A DNA stretch of 63,296 bases, the filler included, from Octopus bimaculoides (lineage: Eukaryota), in assembly GCF_001194135.2 (NCBI RefSeq). It is 6 parts of 4 records of this genome, joined end to end, with 100 filler letters (N's around TTAATTAATTAA, not from the genome) between each part and the next. Parts side by side here need not be neighbours in the genome. Positions count along the whole stretch, not along the records: positions 49,367 to 60,916 come from NC_068984.1; positions 61,017 to 63,296 come from NW_026315637.1; 4 more parts are not named here. One strand, written 5' to 3'. How positions within the stretch are numbered: the first letter of the stretch is position 1; every line of letters begins with the position of its first letter. A program made the position numbers and the translations under genes. The notes below the pieces were generated by a model. It did not search any database. It saw only the letters and a program-made list of their open reading frames with translations, and was not told the origin of the DNA. Positions 51,138 to 62,234 of this stretch are shown here, one piece after another.

Positions 51138-53273
51138 ACGGAAGGTCACTTAAGCTACATCCCTTTAAAAATTTCTTTCTAATTAACTGAGAGGGCGCTA
51201 CAAGTTCTACAAACCCACCGCCCCTCATTGGTAATTTTTTAAAAAATCAACGGAACAGCCCGCTCATGAAATTAACATGCAAGTGGCTGAGCCCTCCACA
51301 GACACACGTATCCTCAACGTAGTTCTCAGAGTATTTCAGTGTGACACAGAATGTGACAAGGCTGGCCCCTTGAATTACAGGTACAACTTATTTTTGCCAG
51401 CTGAGTGGATTGGAGCATTGTGGAATAAAGCGTCTTGCTCAAGGATATAACGTTCCACCAGGAATCGAACTCACGACGCTATGATCGAGAGCCAAATGCC
51501 ACTAATCCATGCGTAATCACATGTGGATCGTTGGCGATTTTTTCCTCCGTCTTCCTTTTCTGTTGGACTTTNNNNNNNNNNNNNNNNNNNNNNNNNNNNN
51601 NNNNNNNNNNNNNNNNNNNNNNNNNNNNNNNNNNNNNNNNNNNNNNNNNNNNNNNNNNNNNNNNNNNNNNNTGCACTTAGTACGAGTTCGTGTAAGTTTA
51701 TGGACGTGTAGCTATATTTTTATTTCAATAAATTCGTTTTGTCATCCATACACTTTCCCAGCTTCTGTTAAATTCACAAATGAAATGGCTCCAAGTAGAA
51801 ATCGAAATCAAATAGATGGATGAGGGATTGATGGGAGAGTAGATAAGTAGAAAAGAAGACAGAGAAAAACAAGTAAGAAGACTAGAAGGGAAACGATGGC
51901 AAAATATAGAGCAATGGTTTTCAATTGGGGTCCATATGACCCTTGGAAATTCCTACAAAATTTTGTTAAGAGTTATGTGCCATAAATTGGTTATACGTCT
52001 ACAGAACGCAAAATATTTTAACAAATTTTTATACAATTCCTAGTAAGATTTAATTACAGGCGGCGAGTTGGTAGAAACGTTAGCACGACTGGCGAAATGC
52101 TTAACGGTATTTCGTCTGTCTTTACGTTCTGAGTTCAAATTCCGCCGAGGTCGACTTTGCCTTTCGAGATCGATAAATTAAGTACTAGTTGCGTACTGAA
52201 TTCAATATAATCGACTGGCACCCCCGCTCCCAAAAAACTTTCGGGCCTTGTGTCTAGATTACAAAACAATATTTAATTACGAAAATGATAGAATTTTTAA
52301 AACATCGAATGAGGAGGGGTCCATCTTATTAAAAGGGATTCATAGGTAAACAAAAATTGTTGAGAACCACTGTTTAAATCAGGCGTTCTCAACAATTTAT
52401 TATCTCTGGACCCCTTTACTATAATATTCTGGTGGATCCCCATAGCCATTCGTGTTTTGTTTTTAACACATTCCCTTGTGTAGGTTGAACTAAGTAATAT
52501 GTTAGAGAAAGAAATCTGGCTGTTTCTTGCAAGAGAGACAGAGACAGGCAGAAAGAAGGAAAATGCACCTTGTGTTTGAATACTATGCAAATATTCTTTT
52601 AAAAAACTTTTCTTTCAATTTTTCTAAAATTTAATTGTTTTCCATACTTACAGTTGAAAAAGTCTCAATGACTGAAACCGGTACTGAAATGTTTTTTATA
52701 AAACTATTTTAGCATTTTCTACCTTGACTTTTTTTCCATATATATATATATATANNNNNNNNNNNNNNNNNNNNNNNNNNNNNNNNNNNNNNNNNNNNNN
52801 NNNNNNNNNNNNNNNNNNNNNNNNNNNNNNNNNNNNNNNNNNNNNNNNNNNNNNNNNNNNNNNNNNNNNNNNNNNNNNNNNNNNNNNNNNNNNNNNNNNN
52901 NNNNNNNNNNNNNNNNNNNNNNNNNNNNNNNNNNNNNNNNNNNNNNNNNNNNNNNNNNNNNNNNNNNNNNNNNNNNNNNNNNNNNNNNNNNNNNNNNNNN
53001 NNNNNNNNNNNNNNNNNNNNNNNNNNNNNNNNNNNNNNNNNNNNNNNNNNNNNNNNNNNNNNNNNNNNNNNNNNNNNNNNNNNNNNNNNNNNNNNNNNNN
53101 NNNNNNNNNNNNNNNNNNNNNNNNNNNNNNNNNNNNNNNNNNNNNNNNNNNNNNNNNNNNNNNNNNNNNNNNNNNNNNNNNNNNNNNNNNNNNNNNNNNN
53201 NNNNNNNNNNNNNNNNNNNNNNNNNNNNNNNNNNNNNNNNNNNNNNNNNNNNNNNNNNNNNNNNNNNNNNNNN

Positions 53274-53313
<40 letters not shown>

Positions 53314-53779
53314 GCTACGGAAATCGGAAAGCCGTTCCTTACGAGTCCATAGGATATTTATCCTTTTTCTTTTACTGTAGATCTACCGTAGATTGTATCA
53401 ATCCTGTTTCGTCTCCCAATCTCGCAACAGCAAATCTCAACATGCTTCACACTTCAACATCATCTCGGTCTGCATAGAACCTATTTGATGGTAGTAACAA
53501 AAATAGGTTGTATCTGTATTTCAAAGGGCCAGCATCACCACATTCTGTGTCACGCTGAAATTCCACGAGAATTACGTTAAGGGTACGTGTACCCGTGGAG
53601 TACTCAACCACTTGCACGTCAATTTCATGAGTAGGCTGTTACGTCGATCGAATCAAGTGGGACCCTTGTTATCGTAACCGACGGAGCGCCAGTTTATATG
53701 TGTGTGGGCGCGGGAGGTCTGTCCCGTGCGACGCTTTTACGGGGGTGGAACTTTTGGGACTGCTGAATAAGCCTGTAAT

Positions 53780-54058
53780 GTAGTAAAGATCTTTTGCCAA
53801 CATAACATGGCAGTCCCATGTTAGGATGAATGTTGCTGTAATTTAGCCCCAGGAGACGTCGTCTCCAGCTGGCTATATGACACGATCTGTGTCCTTACAT
53901 TTTCGAATAAGGGAATCTAGCACCCCCAATCAGCTCAGAACAATATCTGTGTATCGCGATTTCCGGGACCGGGACTGCCATGTTATGTTGGCAAACAAAC
54001 TTTACTACAAAGTACTGAATATCTCATGTTATGAGATTTAAAAATAGTAATTTTCTAA
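53780..54058 (-). mobile_element. Second, internally deleted copy of the hammerhead-bearing inverted-repeat element
   Basis: Reverse complement of 10163-10512. It keeps GGAAATCGCGATACACAGATATTGTT but lacks CTGATGA, most of stem II and part of one inverted repeat. Confidence 0.82.
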
Positions 54059-55066
54059 GTCTGTAATGGTTTGGTGACACGGGGTGGGGCGGCAAACTCA
54101 AGGGCTGCTCCTGGCGGCACACGCTTTAGATACGTCACAGCACACAGACCACATCCGTAAATCACCTATGTCCCGAAACATACACTTTTGGTGAGTAGTT
54201 TATTTTATACGTCTTTTAGCCAGAAAGGAAAGTAGTGCCAATGACCCTTCCGGGATTAGTGAGCGGGGGTGGCGAGGAAGGTATCCTTAAACCTGCCCTG
54301 AATGCTTGAAACAGAGAGGTCTCCGCTTAAGGCGTTGGAGGAAGTCTACCATTCATGTAGGCCATAGCGGAATTTGAACTCAGAATGCAAGACCTGGAAC
54401 AAATACTGCAAAGCATCCAGTCCTACGATTTTACAGTTCTTTAATTCACCGTTCTGGTTTGTTACTTTTTTATCATCAACCCCCGAAAGAATGAAAATAC
54501 AATATTGACTACGGCGAGATTTGATCTCAGAGTTTCGAATCACAGAACACATACAACGAATCATTTTATCGGATGCTTTAACGACTTTGCCAATTAGCTA
54601 CCACTTATTTAAAGACACTCACAGAAAAAAAAACTAGTCTTCTTGAGCAGCCCATGCTGGCACGACAACAGCAAGCCAATGAAGGAGCTTCGACCTGGTT
54701 GCTTGACATATTAGGAATAGCAGCCAAATCTGACTCTTATCAGAATCTATCGTCTCTCACAAAGAAGGACGAGATTGCAAAAAAGATAGGATGACCAAAT
54801 GCATTCGCTATGGATCTGTGTGAACAAGGCTGACCGGTGGCAAAAAATAGACTGGAATACCATCCAAAGAATTCTATTCCCAACACTATCATACATAATT
54901 TAAACTGAATCATTCCCTTTCTATTATTCACTTTCTCTCTCTCTCAACTAATATCTACAAGCTGTTGTTTATAGCTTTATCTGCTTCGAATCTCACCTTC
55001 CAAACAAAGATTTATTTCACGCTCTTTCGAAGTTTCTATATTTTATGACGGCAACAATATCTATAA

Positions 55067-55104
<38 letters not shown>

Positions 55105-55841
55105 ACATACATACATACATACATACATACATACACACATACATACATACATACATACACACATACATACATACATACATACATACGCACATGCATAGTC
55201 AGCAGATAAGATCCAGAGATTCTCGGTATAGAAATCACTTAGTAGCGCTCAAATGATTCGAACTTAAACTCCGATGGATTTATAACACTACTTCCACCCC
55301 TTCAATCTTCTCTGTCGTTTGCACTCTGTTTAAGTTTGATCTATTAATATATAAGTATCTATATATTTCTACTTAAATATTCATCGTCTGAAAATCTTCA
55401 GTCTTTGCTTCCCCTTTCTGTTTGCATGTATACATGTNNNNNNNNNNNNNNNNNNNNNNNNNNNNNNNNNNNNNNNNNNNNNNNNNNNNNNNNNNNNNNN
55501 NNNNNNNNNNNNNNNNNNNNNNNNNNNNNNNNNNNNNNNNNNNNNNNNNNNNNNNNNNNNNNNNNNNNNNNNNNNNNNNNNNNNNNNNNNNNNNNNNNNN
55601 NNNNNNNNNNNNNNNNNNNNNNNNNNNNNNNNNNNNNNNNNNNNNNNNNNNNNNNNNNNNNNNNNNNNNNNNNNNNNNNNNNNNNNNNNNNNNNNNNNNN
55701 NNNNNNNNNNNNNNNNNNNNNNNNNNNNNNNNNNNNNNNNNNNNNNNNNNNNNNNNNNNNNNNNNNNNNNNNNNNNNNNNNNNNNNNNNNNNNNNNNNNN
55801 NNNNNNNNNNNNNNNNNNNNNNNNNNNNNNNNNNNNNNNNN

Positions 55842-55894
<53 letters not shown>

Positions 55895-56004
55895 ATATAA
55901 TTTGTGAGTTTCTCAAAAAAATATTCTATCCCAGAATATTGTACTGGAGATAAAATATGACTTTACAAAATAAGTTGGGAAACATAATAATATTCACTCG
56001 TAAC

Positions 56005-56046
<42 letters not shown>

Positions 56047-57096
56047 GCGCAGGCACAAGTGCGTGGTATGACGCTTGCTTCCCAAACACATGGTTTGGGG
56101 TTCGGTCCTACTGCGTAGCACCATGGACACGTGCCTTTTACTACAGCTTCGGGCGAACCAAAGCTTTGTGAGAGAATTTGGTAGGTAGAAAAATGAAAGA
56201 ACTCCGTTGTATGTGTGTGTGTGTGTGTGTACATATGTATGTATATGCTCATACACACGCTCACGTACGTGAATATAGACATGTTTATACGATAGAGCTG
56301 TGTATAACACTATTTTAATAATTGAGCTACATGTAAAACGCACACACACATACAGTTACTCGTATCCATTAATAGTAAAATATGATACATGGTAAAGAAA
56401 CAAGGGACGCCCGTTAACAAGAAACTGCTGCATAACTCCGATACAACCCTATTTCGATTCCCTTTTTTTTTACCAAGAATCGAAACACAGTTGTAGAATG
56501 GTTATCAATGGAATCGAAATACGATATATTGATACTTTGTCGACGTCCTGAATTATTTTGAGAAATACATCAACATCACAGACATTTTATTTTCTTTGAT
56601 TACAACTAAAGAATTGACGATTTTCTAATTTCCTTAGGGTAACAATTCGAAAGGGCAGATGTGTGTGTGTGTGTGTGTGTGTGTGTGTCTGTGTGCATGT
56701 GTGTGTGTGTGTGTGGCTGTGTGTGCGTGCGTGCGCGTGTAGTATTTACTCGCGTATAAGTCGGCACTACTTTATACTTGATTTTAACCCCAAAAATTGT
56801 GGTGCAACTTTTACTCGAAGTAAAGCTAAAACCTTAAAGCAGAAAAGTTTCGCGCCGTCCGTATCTATATAGTCAATTAAATGTTTTTGGTAATGACTGG
56901 TAAGTGTTTCATTTACTCTGGAAGCACGAAAAGCTGAGACGAATTCGGTGAAACTCGAATGTAGAATGTTAAAGAACATAGTTTAATACCACAACGCATT
57001 TAAGATTGACACTGAATGATTACGATCATGAAATAACATTACAACAAAACTTCATGAAATAACAACAACAGAACAACAGAGTTATTAAAGGCTTCT

Positions 57097-57513
57097 GGCA
57101 CGCGGGCGTGGCTGTGTGGTGAGAAGCTTGATTCCCAACCACATGGTTCCAGGTTCAGTCCCACCGCGTGGCACCTTGGGCAAGTGCCTTCTACTATAGC
57201 CTCGGGCCGATCAAAGCTTTGTGAGTGGATTTGGTAAACGGAAACTGAAAGAAGCCCGTCGTATATGTATGTATATATCTATGTGTGTCTGAGTCTGTGT
57301 TTGTCCCCTTGCCATCGATAGACAACCGATGCTGGTGTGTTTATGTACCCGTAACTTAGCGGTTCGGCAAAAGACACCGATAGAATAAGTACTAGGCATA
57401 CAAAGACTAAGTACTGGAGTGGATTTCTTTGACTAAAAACCTTCAAGGCGGTGCTCCAGCATGGCCGCAGTCAAATGATTGAAACAAATAAAAAAATAAA
57501 AGAATAAAAGAAT
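57097..57513 (+). mobile_element. tRNA-derived SINE, family A (full length)
   Basis: Same family as 23113-23490; its 3' tail abuts the donor site of the large minus-strand exon. Confidence 0.9.
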
Positions 57514-57527
57514 ATAGATTATCTTAC

Positions 57528-59590
57528 TGTCTTTCCTGCCAGTAGCTTCCTCCTTTTTATCAGCCGGTACATCTTCAGTTTTCTTCTCTTTTTCAACTAC
57601 TTTTTTGTCTTCTTTTGATACTGTTTTCGGTTTTTCTTCTGATTTTGACACTATCGCTTCCGCCGGTTTTTCGGCAGGTTTTGGCTCCAACTTCTCTTCT
57701 TTTTTTTCTTTGGTTACCGTAGCCTGGGGTGGTTTGTCTGTTGGTTTAGATGATGCTTCCGGTGCAGGTTTTTTCGAAACTGCCGGCTCACTTTTCTTTG
57801 GTTCAGGTTTTTTCTCAATAACTTCAATCTTTGGTGCCGGCATACTTTGTCTTGAAGCTGACGCAGTTTGTTTTGAAGCTGGTACACCTTGTTTTGATGC
57901 TGGCGCACTTTGTTTAGTCGCTGGCCCGCTTTGTCTTGGAGGTGGGGCTTTCTTTGGGTCTGTAATCGGTGGAGGTCTCGTTGGTGGTGGAACCACTTTT
58001 TTCGGAGGTGGTCTAGTTGGTTCTTGGGATCTTGACTTTCTAGGATCAGTTCCTTTAACGATCTCTACATTAGTCGGTTGGAAAGAAGTGTGCGTGGCTT
58101 TGGGGGAAAGCGGAGGCCCGCCGACGGGTTTGTAACCAAATTGTCGCGGCTTTTCACCGGTGTTCGTAACAGGAGGTTTCGCTGTCGGTATAAAGGAGAT
58201 TGGACTAGTTGGAGGAACATAGTTATGCTTTCGCGGAACTACAGATGATTTTACGATATTAGGTGATGTCGGAGTTCCACCGACTGGATTGTAACCATAT
58301 TTTCCAGCAGTAGAAGTTTCTTGTTTTTTCGCTGGCTGAACAACTGGTGGTGGTCTTGACCTTTTTGGTGAGGGAGGTGGACCTCCAACAGGATTATAGC
58401 CATATTTGCCAGTCGTTTTCGGCTCTTCTTTCTTGGATTGTGTTTGACCTGCTGGCACCTTGCTTTTCTTTGGTGAAGGCGGTGGACCACCAACTGGATT
58501 ATAACCGTATTTTCCTGCTTGTGGTTTTTCTGACTTTGCAACAGGGTTCATAGGAGATTTCGGTTTAAATTGAGTTTTCTGAACACTGACTGGTTTACCC
58601 GGTTCAGATTTTCCAGGCTCGGTTTCTTTTGCCGTTGGTTTCCTGTCATCACTTTTCTTCTCAACAGTTTTGCCAACACTTTTCTCGTCAGCTTTTTTGT
58701 CGCTAACTTTTCCACTTTCGGTTTTTTTCTCACCAGGCTTTTTGGCATCGTCTTTTTTCTCTTCAGCCTTTTTAGCATCAGCCTTTTTCTCTTCGGTCTT
58801 TTTCGCATCAGCTTTTTTCTCTTCGGTCTTTTTCGCATCAGCTTTTTTCTCTTCGGTCTTTTTCGCATCAGCTTTTTTCTCTTCGGTCTTTTTCGCATCG
58901 TCTTTCTTCTCTTCATCAGCTTTAGGTGCTTCAGTTATAGTAATTACTGGGGGACCCGAAGGTGGTGGTGGTGGCCCTTGAGGACGTGGAGGCGGTGGGA
59001 CTCCGTAGGGATACATTTGCATTCGCGGATCTTGAGGAGGGTATCCTGGTTGTCCTTGGGGTGGAGGTCCACCTTGTCTTGGAGGATACATTGGAGCTTG
59101 AACAGGTGGTCCCGGAGGCCTCTGTTGCATCGGTTGTTGTCCAGGTGGTGGATAGGGAGGATATTGATAGGGTGGCCTTTGCATCGGAGGCTGGCCTGGT
59201 TGGCCTGGTTGGCCTGGCGGACCCGGCGGACCTGGATATCTCGGAGGATATTGCATCGGCGGTTGACCAGGTTGTCCTGGCGGGCCAGGTGGTCCTGGAG
59301 GTCTTTGCATTGGAGGGCCTGGAGGGCCTGGAGGCCCAGGGTATCGTGGAGGTGGTCCTTGAGCAGGATAATTCATAGGCGGTTGACCAGGAGGGCCTTG
59401 GGGACGAGGGGGACCATACGGAACTTGATAAGGCCCTTGCTGATGCGGCTGGCCCGGGGTCGTCGGCGGTGTCATCGGCATGTTGTAAGGAGCTCCAGGC
59501 GGTGGACCCATCGGAAGACTTCCTGGGGGTGGCGGCTTAATGGGGTTCTGTTGAACAGCTGGCGCCGGAGGACTTGTTGTTGGCGGCATG
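57528..59590 (-). CDS. Large internal (or first coding) exon of an unidentified Pro/Gln/Gly- and Lys/Glu-rich low-complexity protein
   Basis: 687 stop-free codons in GC-rich sequence within an AT-rich background. Acceptor TTTCATTTCATCAG ends at 59591 (minus strand) and donor GAC A|GTAAGA is at 57527. Internal repeats keep the frame while varying at synonymous positions. The ORF-track tail 57433-57527 is read-through into a SINE. Confidence 0.85.
58741..58915 (-). repeat. 30-bp coding minisatellite (KKTEEKKADA x4 plus two variant units)
   Basis: CTTCGGTCTT recurs at 58791, 58821, 58851 and 58881. Confidence 0.95.
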
Positions 59591-60609
59591 CTGATGAAAT
59601 GAAAGTTTGTTTCGGTTTAGTTCAGTCAACTTGCTAGTCTGCTTATGTTGATGTTTTCAAAAACTTGATAAGCAGATGATTGCCGTGTTGATATGTCGAC
59701 CACAGGTTCTCAACGATCTCACTAGGACGACCAACGGAACATGCAATAGTAAATATTCTTTTCTCTAAGCTTAACATACAAAACAAAGCTGTAGTCATGC
59801 TTTGATTGGCTAACCAATCAAACAACAACAAAAAATAATTCAACTTGCATTTGTGTTAGTAATCCCATCTAAGCAGATTAAAAACATAATAAACAAACAA
59901 AACAGAGGTTAAAATAATATAATCTGCAATAAATATAAAAGTCTGTAAAGCCCCGCCTATATGTTTCACATTGAAATAGTCTACTGCAGCGCTTAATAAT
60001 AATAATAATAATAATGGTTTCAAATTTTGCTTCAAGGACAGCAAGTTTGGGGGAGGCGATGAGCCGATTACATCGTCCCCAGTGTTTCACTAGTACTTGA
60101 TTTATCGACCCCGAAAGAATGAAAAGTAAAGTCAACCTCGGCGGAATTTAAACTCAGAACGTAGCGACGGGCGAAATACCACTAAGCATTTCGTCCACCG
60201 CGCTAACGATTCTGTTAGATCGACGCCTTAATAATAATAACTTGTGATTTTAAGTGATTGGAAGTGTTATCATGTACATTGTTTTGTCTTGGTATAAAAA
60301 ATGGGCTACAGCAAATATTCTGTTCAATACCACAGATTTGCTTCTCAGTTNNNNNNNNNNTGGGCTACAGCAAATATTCTGTTCAATACCACAGATTTGC
60401 TTCTCAGTTGTTTGACCTTAACCAGTTGAGCATGTCCCTTAGTGGCTGACGATACGTGCACCTCTGATCACCATGTCGCGCACATATGGTTTTGATGCAT
60501 GTGCCTGGTGTACCATTATCTGACGGGTAGTCATGATGGGTACACTGGGCTTCGAATATTTGTACACCAGTGTTGTCACTTTGATGGCATGCACTGCTCT
60601 CACACTCAC

Positions 60610-60620
60610 TAATAATAATG

Positions 60621-60716
<96 letters not shown>
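60610..60716. repeat. Back-to-back (AAT)n/(ATT)n tracts forming a palindrome of about 105 bp
   Basis: Directly visible; the switch point is at about 60663. Confidence 0.95.
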
Positions 60717-60916
60717 GTTCAGTAGTCTTATTTTTATAACGTGCTTTCACTTCACTACCGAGCGCAGCTCTATGCGCCTTGGGTATGTGCTGTGGTTTGC
60801 TGTGGTGCTCTTATGTTTACTGTATTGAAAGTGTTTTGCGTAGAATGTGTGCAGTACCCAGTAGTGCAATTTTCTGCATGTTATATATATTTGTAAGTCC
60901 TGGTGTTTTTGTTATG
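60717..60916 (-). mobile_element. Dong/R4-like LINE 3' end
   Basis: Minus strand reads NKTPGLTNIYNMQKIALLGTAHILRKTLSIQ*, followed by a short 3' UTR and a (TAA)n tail. Confidence 0.8.
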
Positions 60917-61016
60917 NNNNNNNNNNNNNNNNNNNNNNNNNNNNNNNNNNNNNNNNNNNNTTAATTAATTAANNNNNNNNNNNNNNNNNNNNNNNNNNNN
61001 NNNNNNNNNNNNNNNN
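60917..61016. other. Scaffold-join gap with TTAATTAATTAA linker
   Basis: 44 N + linker + 44 N. Confidence 0.95.
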
Positions 61017-61813
61017 ATATATATATATATAAACATAAGTATGGTGTATTCTATGCATGATTGCATCAGAACAGTTTTGATAACCGAAACAATTCATTCT
61101 GTATATGCACCCACCCGCCATTTTCTCCTACATTTTGTGTTTTTTCTTATCTTTTTTTCTGTCTCTTCCTCTCTTCCTTCCTTTCTTTATTACTTTCTTC
61201 CTTCCTTCCTTCCTTTCTTTCTTTCTTTCTGTGGATCCTGTTTCTGCCAGCCTCTATTTCTTTCCCCATTTCCCCCTTATTTCATTCTTCTCTCTCGTAT
61301 GTACGTGCTTATTTGTGCGTGTATGTGTGTATATGTGTGCGTGCGTGCGTGTGTGTGTATATGTGTGTGTAACAATATATGCATGCGTATGTATACGTAT
61401 GCATACATTAAGCGTATCTTGCTCATCACTTCGCTCTACAATCAAAAAATTCAGGTTCGAGTTCACAATACCACAATTTCTTTTCTCCCTACCTTGGAGT
61501 TAATCCAATGGTTGTCAAAACTGAGGCGGCAAAACCCCTTCGAACAGACTACACCAGTAATTTAATGGGCATAACACTTTCATAAACTCCTTGAGGGGTA
61601 ATGGTCTAACTGTGAAATACAAATAGTCTAAAACTTAACGCTTCGGACAATTCTTGTTCTTCACAGGTGGTAAAAGAGAGATGTGCTAAAGTTTCTTTCA
61701 GCTCACAGTCTTCACCCAAAATTTATAGTTTCAAATTTTGACACATGCCCGGCAATATTTGGGGAGAGGAGAACACGATTACATCGACCCCACTACTTTG
61801 GCTGGTACTTATA

Positions 61814-62234
61814 AGCGCAGGATTGGCTGTGTGGTAAGTAGCATGCTTACCAACCACATGGTTTCGGGTTCAGTCCCACTGCGTAGCACCTTGGGTAAGT
61901 GTCTTCTACTATAGCCTCGGGCCGATCAAAGCCTTGTGAGTAGATTTGGTAGACGGAAACTGAAAGAAGCCTGTCATATATGTGATTGTGTGTGTGTGTT
62001 TGTCCCCCACCATCGCTTGACAACCTATGTTGTTTATATATGTGTGTGTGTGAGTGTGGACAACCGATGCTGGTGTGTTTACGTCCCCGTAAACTTAGTG
62101 GTTCGGCAAAAGAGACCCGATAGAATAAGTACTAGGCTTACAAAGAATAAGTCCTGACTCGATTTGTTCGACTAAAGGCGGTGCTCCAGCATGGCTGCAG
62201 TCAAATGACTGAAACAAGTAAAAGAATAAAAGAG
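61814..62234 (+). mobile_element. tRNA-derived SINE, family A (with internal partial duplication)
   Basis: Same family as 23113-23490; the segment GACAACC...TGTG is duplicated at about 62020-62070. Confidence 0.88.

Noticed and set aside
53368-53480. Possible downstream exon for the large orphan gene (NRDDVEV*) or a plus-strand terminal exon
   Set aside because: Weak acceptor and very short frames; indistinguishable from chance without transcripts.
59591-59606. CTGATGAAATGAAA on the plus strand
   Set aside because: It is simply the reverse complement of the splice acceptor of the large exon; there are no stems.
57605-59637. Plus-strand and alternate-frame ORFs overlapping the large exon (57605-58135, 58570-59637, 58548-58916 and others)
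   Set aside because: Shadow ORFs caused by the repetitive, GC-rich codon usage of the real minus-strand frame.
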